Shown here one piece after another: positions 59,203 through 64,000 of a stretch of DNA of 64,000 bases; position 1 is the first letter of the stretch; each line of letters opens with the position of its first letter. Position numbers and translations under genes: made by a program. The stretch is from contig KZ538340.1 in the NCBI GenBank assembly GCA_000934665.2, positions 1 through 64,000 on the forward strand, read 5' to 3'. This DNA is from Catajapyx aquilonaris (Eukaryota). Below the pieces are notes generated by a model. The model was not told the origin of the DNA, made no database searches, and worked only from the letters and a program-made list of their open reading frames with translations.

Positions 59203-62200
59203 GTGACAAGCAGCAAGCATGATCCAAACGAGGAAGTGACAATCAAAATCAAATGAGCTGTGCAAAAAATTTGCAAAAATTTTGGCAAAGTAGCTTGATT
59301 CTGATACCCACATCCTCTAATGGAACCTTTGAACTTCATGGGTAGAAGCATTATATCCATATTTTTTAAGTTAGATATTGGGCGTTGCAAATGGCGCGTG
59401 AGGCTTGTTGATATTCAGAAGGCCTTTTGGGGTTGTCCATTGTCGCCATGGCAACCACCACCTTTGCAGGTCGAGGCTTGAGGATCAGGAAAGGGTTGAC
59501 ATTTTGGCGTGACGCGCCGCGATGAATTATACTCGACCATTCCTCCACTTTGTTCCCCCCTATGGTGATTTGTCTGCGTGCGAAGTCAAGGGTGGTGCGT
59601 ATAATGGTGTAGTGCGGTAGTCTTGAAGGGGGGTATCAGGAAGAAGAAGAAGACAAAAAGGGTATAGTGTTTGAACGAAAAAGGAGAAGGGGACAGACAC
59701 GTGAGTGGGGCGGAGTTTTGCGGCGGCGAATTGCGTCCCTTTGTTGCGCTTTCTCCCCTTTTTATTCCTCATTCCAACTAGCAGCATGTCCTCGTGCCGA
59801 TTTCTTCTGCACAACCTATCTTAACTGTATTGGGCTATGACATTCCGATATTGACTGCACCGCTGCATAAACCAGTCCGAGGAAGCTGGATGCCCCAAAG
59901 TCAATGCTTCGTACTTGAAAAGTCTGGAAATTTAAAAACAACTCATGCTACATTGTCACAATATAGAACCGGTATTTCAGCTGCAAATACAATGCCGTGA
60001 TACAATATCTTGGCGCCAATTTTTCTGATTGCATATCAGCAACTTATTAATATTATCCACAAGTGAAATGTCAGCCATCTTTCCTGAAACAAGGAATTCC
60101 GCATTGGAGCACCATTCTTTTCGTGTGGAGGACCTATTAGGTTGTATATATGCAAATTGAACGAGATGAGGAAGGCGTCGGCATAGTGGGGGCGTGTGTG
60201 AGTCTGCGTGCAACTTGGACGAAGGAAGGTCTATCGAGCGGCGCAGTCTCCATCACTTTCATGCCTACCTTGCTAACCACGCCTTTGCACAAAATGGAGC
60301 GCCCAAAAATGCCTGTAATGAAACCACATACACAACTATTAGGCCGAAGACAAAAAGTGAAATAGTAGAATTTTTTTGAGCGAGAATTTTGCGTGATGAG
60401 CATGTCTTCAAAGAACATGTGTGTGTGTGTGTGTGTGTGTAGCACGTGTCCGTATATGCTGAGATAAAGCGGAGAAAGAGATGAAAGGGACTATTTGGAT
60501 TTTACGCTTCACATCTCGGCACACTTTCTGCGTATACCCTGGGATTTACGCAGTAATCTTGCGAAAACTAACCCGTTTTTCTCGCCAACTTCTTGAAGAG
60601 GGCTGTCCGATGATGACAGAGCAATGTTTATGGATATTGCAGTTTCAACTGACCATTGGCAAAATTCCATGCTTGTATATGGAATTATTGCACGAGCGTA
60701 AATCCGGAAAGATATTGCTCCAAGATGGCTGTAAATAACAAGTAATTATAAGTATTCGCGTCAGTAAACATTCCGATACGTGGAAATGGCCTCAGATACC
60801 AGAATAGGAAGGTCACCTTGCAACCCCCCAGCATTATCATATGTCACATGCCATCTCCACTTCAGCCATTGTCACTGACGGCAATATAGTTGCACAAAAA
60901 AGTGAAACATGTGAATACAACTTTTTTTTTTTCATAACCCAGAAATTGATTTGATAAGTGGTTACACAGAAGCGATTGTAACGGTGGTGATTGCAATAGA
61001 GAGGGTGGGTGTGGGGGGTGGTATGAGGGTGTGTGGGGGTGAGGTTGCGGTCTCCTTGGATTTAGCTTTGCTCCGATTTTTGCGGGAAAGGTAATGAGGC
61101 AGAAATAGTTTCACAAGGAAAGGTGGAGGTTGCAGGTGTAAGAGGTGGTAGACTGTTAGGAGGGGGAGGGGGGGGCATATGAATGTGTGCAATACAGCAC
61201 ACTCGTCTTACGCTAGGGTTATAATGCGAGGTGTGGTGTCCTTGGCTGACCAGGTAAAAGAGCGAGGCGAATTGGCCTCCACGTTGCCACATGTTTGCCC
61301 TTTAATACTAAGAATGATAAGAGAAAAAAATTTAAATAAAGCAAGGAATAATAGAGTATTGGCCGGCCACGACTTTTGAAGCACAAGGAGCGGTTTTTTT
61401 TTGAAAAAAAAAAGTCAGCTGATACTTTCACTGGGAAAAAAGGAGAGCGGGGAAGGAATAAGTAAGGTAGTCGTGTTCGAATTTGTCTGCTCCGAGACGA
61501 CCTTGTTACTCGCTGGATCGCCACCGTAACCACCCCAGTGTTTCTTTTTTTTGGGTCTTTTTTTTTTGCTATCTTTGTTGCCCCTCCCCCGCTCCCCGTC
61601 TCCTCATACACACTCACATACACCGGGCTATGTGATATGTCTTTTACACAAGTCTTGAGTGTGAAGAAAACCTATAATTCCATCAGAAGCACTCAGGCAT
61701 GGTAAGGATACTCTTGGCCGATGTAGATATGGAGAGTTGCGCTGATTTTTATATATTGCAGTAATGGCCAGTGCCGCTCCAGCAATGCGGAAGATATAAG
61801 TGATGGATCCGCAAATTGAAACACCATAACAGTTACAGATTATAAGCGTGATTATGATGACCTGTAATTTTGAGTAATTGTGATTGAATGAGGGGTAATG
61901 ATTTTCCGAATAAAAAATGTCAAGTATACTGCCGGGTATGCGAAAGAGTACCATACTCCTCAAGGTTACCGTTACTTATTGACACTAATTAGGTCTAACA
62001 GTATACGGCTTACTCTATGGCGAGTTACACTCGTAAACTGTTGACCGAAGAGTTTGTTGTTTGGTACAATTTAGCAATAAAGTAAACCCGACTTGGTGCA
62101 GTACTGTATACAATACGATGCAAAGTGGCCACCTCTATATCGGGATACCTCCTCATAAGGAGGGGCATCCATATGGAGATTTGAACGCTGGTTGAATCCA

Positions 62201-64000
62201 GCTGGCACGTCTGACATAAGAGCTCCGGTCTCACCTGACGTCTACACCTATAATTGGTCGTGCGTTCAAAAGGTGTCAAATAGCTCGTCTTAATCAAGCC
62301 GTGCTTTACGGCGTCATTTATAGTGTAAGGTGTTGGCAAATTCGCGGGATGGACTCGCTTGCCGAATGCGACTATCTGGATATGCTATAGGTTATTTATC
62401 ATGTGAATGAATATTGTGTGATTTTGAGGATTATAGCCAATGCTTTTGGCATCACTATTCACCTCAGATATTTTCTGGTATCGCATGTCTTTGGAGCCGA
62501 TCTTGCATGGACGAGGTGCCAGGATAGGGTACAGATAGGTGTTTGGGGGGCATGGGTCTTGAAGAGGAGCTATAGGGCACGATTTGTCAGGAGAGGAGAT
62601 GGAAGAGGGGCGTGTAAGTGACGAGAAGGGGCGGACAGGGCCCAATCTGCCCCGGCGCCATTTGACAGCTCCCCGGAAGGAAGTTAGCAACCGGCCAGTG
62701 TTGCTGCCCGTGGGCTACTTCAACACTACTCATTCATACTCCTGCACTAAGTTCTAGTTGGTGTAGTAGTAGGGTATAGGAGGGGAATGAACACACGTCG
62801 TGCACGTGTTGACGGGCGTTATTATTTCCCCAAAAAACTGTGGACAGGCGGCAGGTGATTGATGAAGGGGTAGACTGCAGGGGGGGCTCTCATTTCCGAG
62901 CCGATCTTATCCAGGCTTGTTTACACCAAAAAGCTCCCCCTTCAAAATTGGAAGCAATTGCTATCGATTTGGGGGGGGGGGGGGGGGTTGNTCCATCAAA
63001 AACGAACTGCACACGGAATGTCCCGTGGCACACACACCATCCCTCAATAATTTACATGAATTCTTGTAGTTGTCGGAATTATGGATTGCACCTGTTCAAT
63101 TCTGCACACAACGGAAGCGTGGGTTGGTTGTTTTTTGTTGGGTCGCGATTTTTGTTATGTAATCGGATGGATTCGACACAACTGTTAAAAGGTGTAGCGA
63201 GACGATTTTTCATTGAAACAATATGCAAAATCGTGCAAAATTCCCTGTTTCGGTAATTAATAACCTACCAATTAATCATATTCAAAATTAAGAAGTCATT
63301 TGATGCTATTTTTGGATGGGAAATGTTGACGAGCGTTAGGGAAGGCTGAAATTGGGTAGTCAAGGTCGGTAGTATAGACTAAATAATTTTCTGGGCCATT
63401 TTTGACTCAAGGGGCAAGAAGGATTTCAATCTGCATTTTGTAGTTAGAAAATTATGATTTAAAAAAATGAAAGCGTGACGAAAAGGCCACACAAACCATG
63501 TTTACTGTTTATTTTTACGACGAGAAATATCACCTCTACGGACATTACACTGGTATGCAGTGCATGCAGCATAGGCCGGTAGGGAGAAGTCATAAGGTAT
63601 ATGATACATGAGATACGCACCCGATATTACCACCTTTTCTTGAATTTGTGGCTGGTCCGACGTATTATTCGAAATTTATAGTTTGATCATACTGACACGT
63701 GACACCCCCCCCCTCCCCCCATACGCACAATCAGTTATGTGTATGATAACTGAATACTGTAGTTTAGTATATTTTAATTAAGGCCCTTATCCTACAGAAG
63801 TTTATCAGAAATATGACACACCATGTAGGCTACTTGCTGCATTTACCTACCACCCGGTGTTAGATATTATATAGAAATATTACGGTAAGTTATGCATCAC
63901 ATCTACTAACATTCAAAGCTTTGAATCCACTGACATAATATTTTAATGTCTCAAAGTAATAACTTTCTTAGCAATCCATTGGCAATGACATAACCAGTCT

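Noticed and set aside
58893..59390. 165-aa minus-strand ORF
   Set aside because: No domain, non-ATG start, no convincing splice sites; antisense to a better plus-strand candidate.
1..64000. CRISPR array, operon, rRNA/tRNA genes or prokaryotic defence system
   Set aside because: The sequence is eukaryotic with spliceosomal introns. There is no repeat-spacer array, and tRNA-like segments are SINE heads lacking a full cloverleaf.

Overview
Eukaryotic (arthropod, probably insect) genomic DNA from a gapped draft assembly, with N-runs at 26819-26988 and 31682-31906. Three spliced genes can be rebuilt by hand with GT-AG introns in consistent phase. (1) A complete 7-exon, 605-aa receptor-type KIM-motif tyrosine phosphatase (PTPRR/PTP-ER-like) on the minus strand, 5153-25738. 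(2) A choline/ethanolamine kinase on the plus strand, five exons at 34403-44495, whose canonical N-terminal exon I could not find. (3) A ropporin-1-like gene with two coding exons (253 aa) on the minus strand, 45380-46967, convergent with the kinase. Introns and intergenic DNA in the first ~50 kb are packed with short, often nested, palindromic non-autonomous DNA transposons (mariner/Tc1, hAT, Harbinger, piggyBac-, Kolobok- and Sola-like), tRNA-derived SINEs (three with a V-domain-like core) and LINE remnants. The last ~14 kb has few recognisable transposons, contains CpG-rich patches, and may hold alternative first exons of an unidentified plus-strand gene. No prokaryote-type system (CRISPR, operon, defence island) is present. 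The most unusual items are a MITE family with 6-bp TSDs, two independent families of 3'-end/3'-end foldback MITEs, V-SINE-like elements, the receptor-type KIM-PTP architecture, and back-to-back polyA signals between convergent genes. All calls are by eye; no searches were run.
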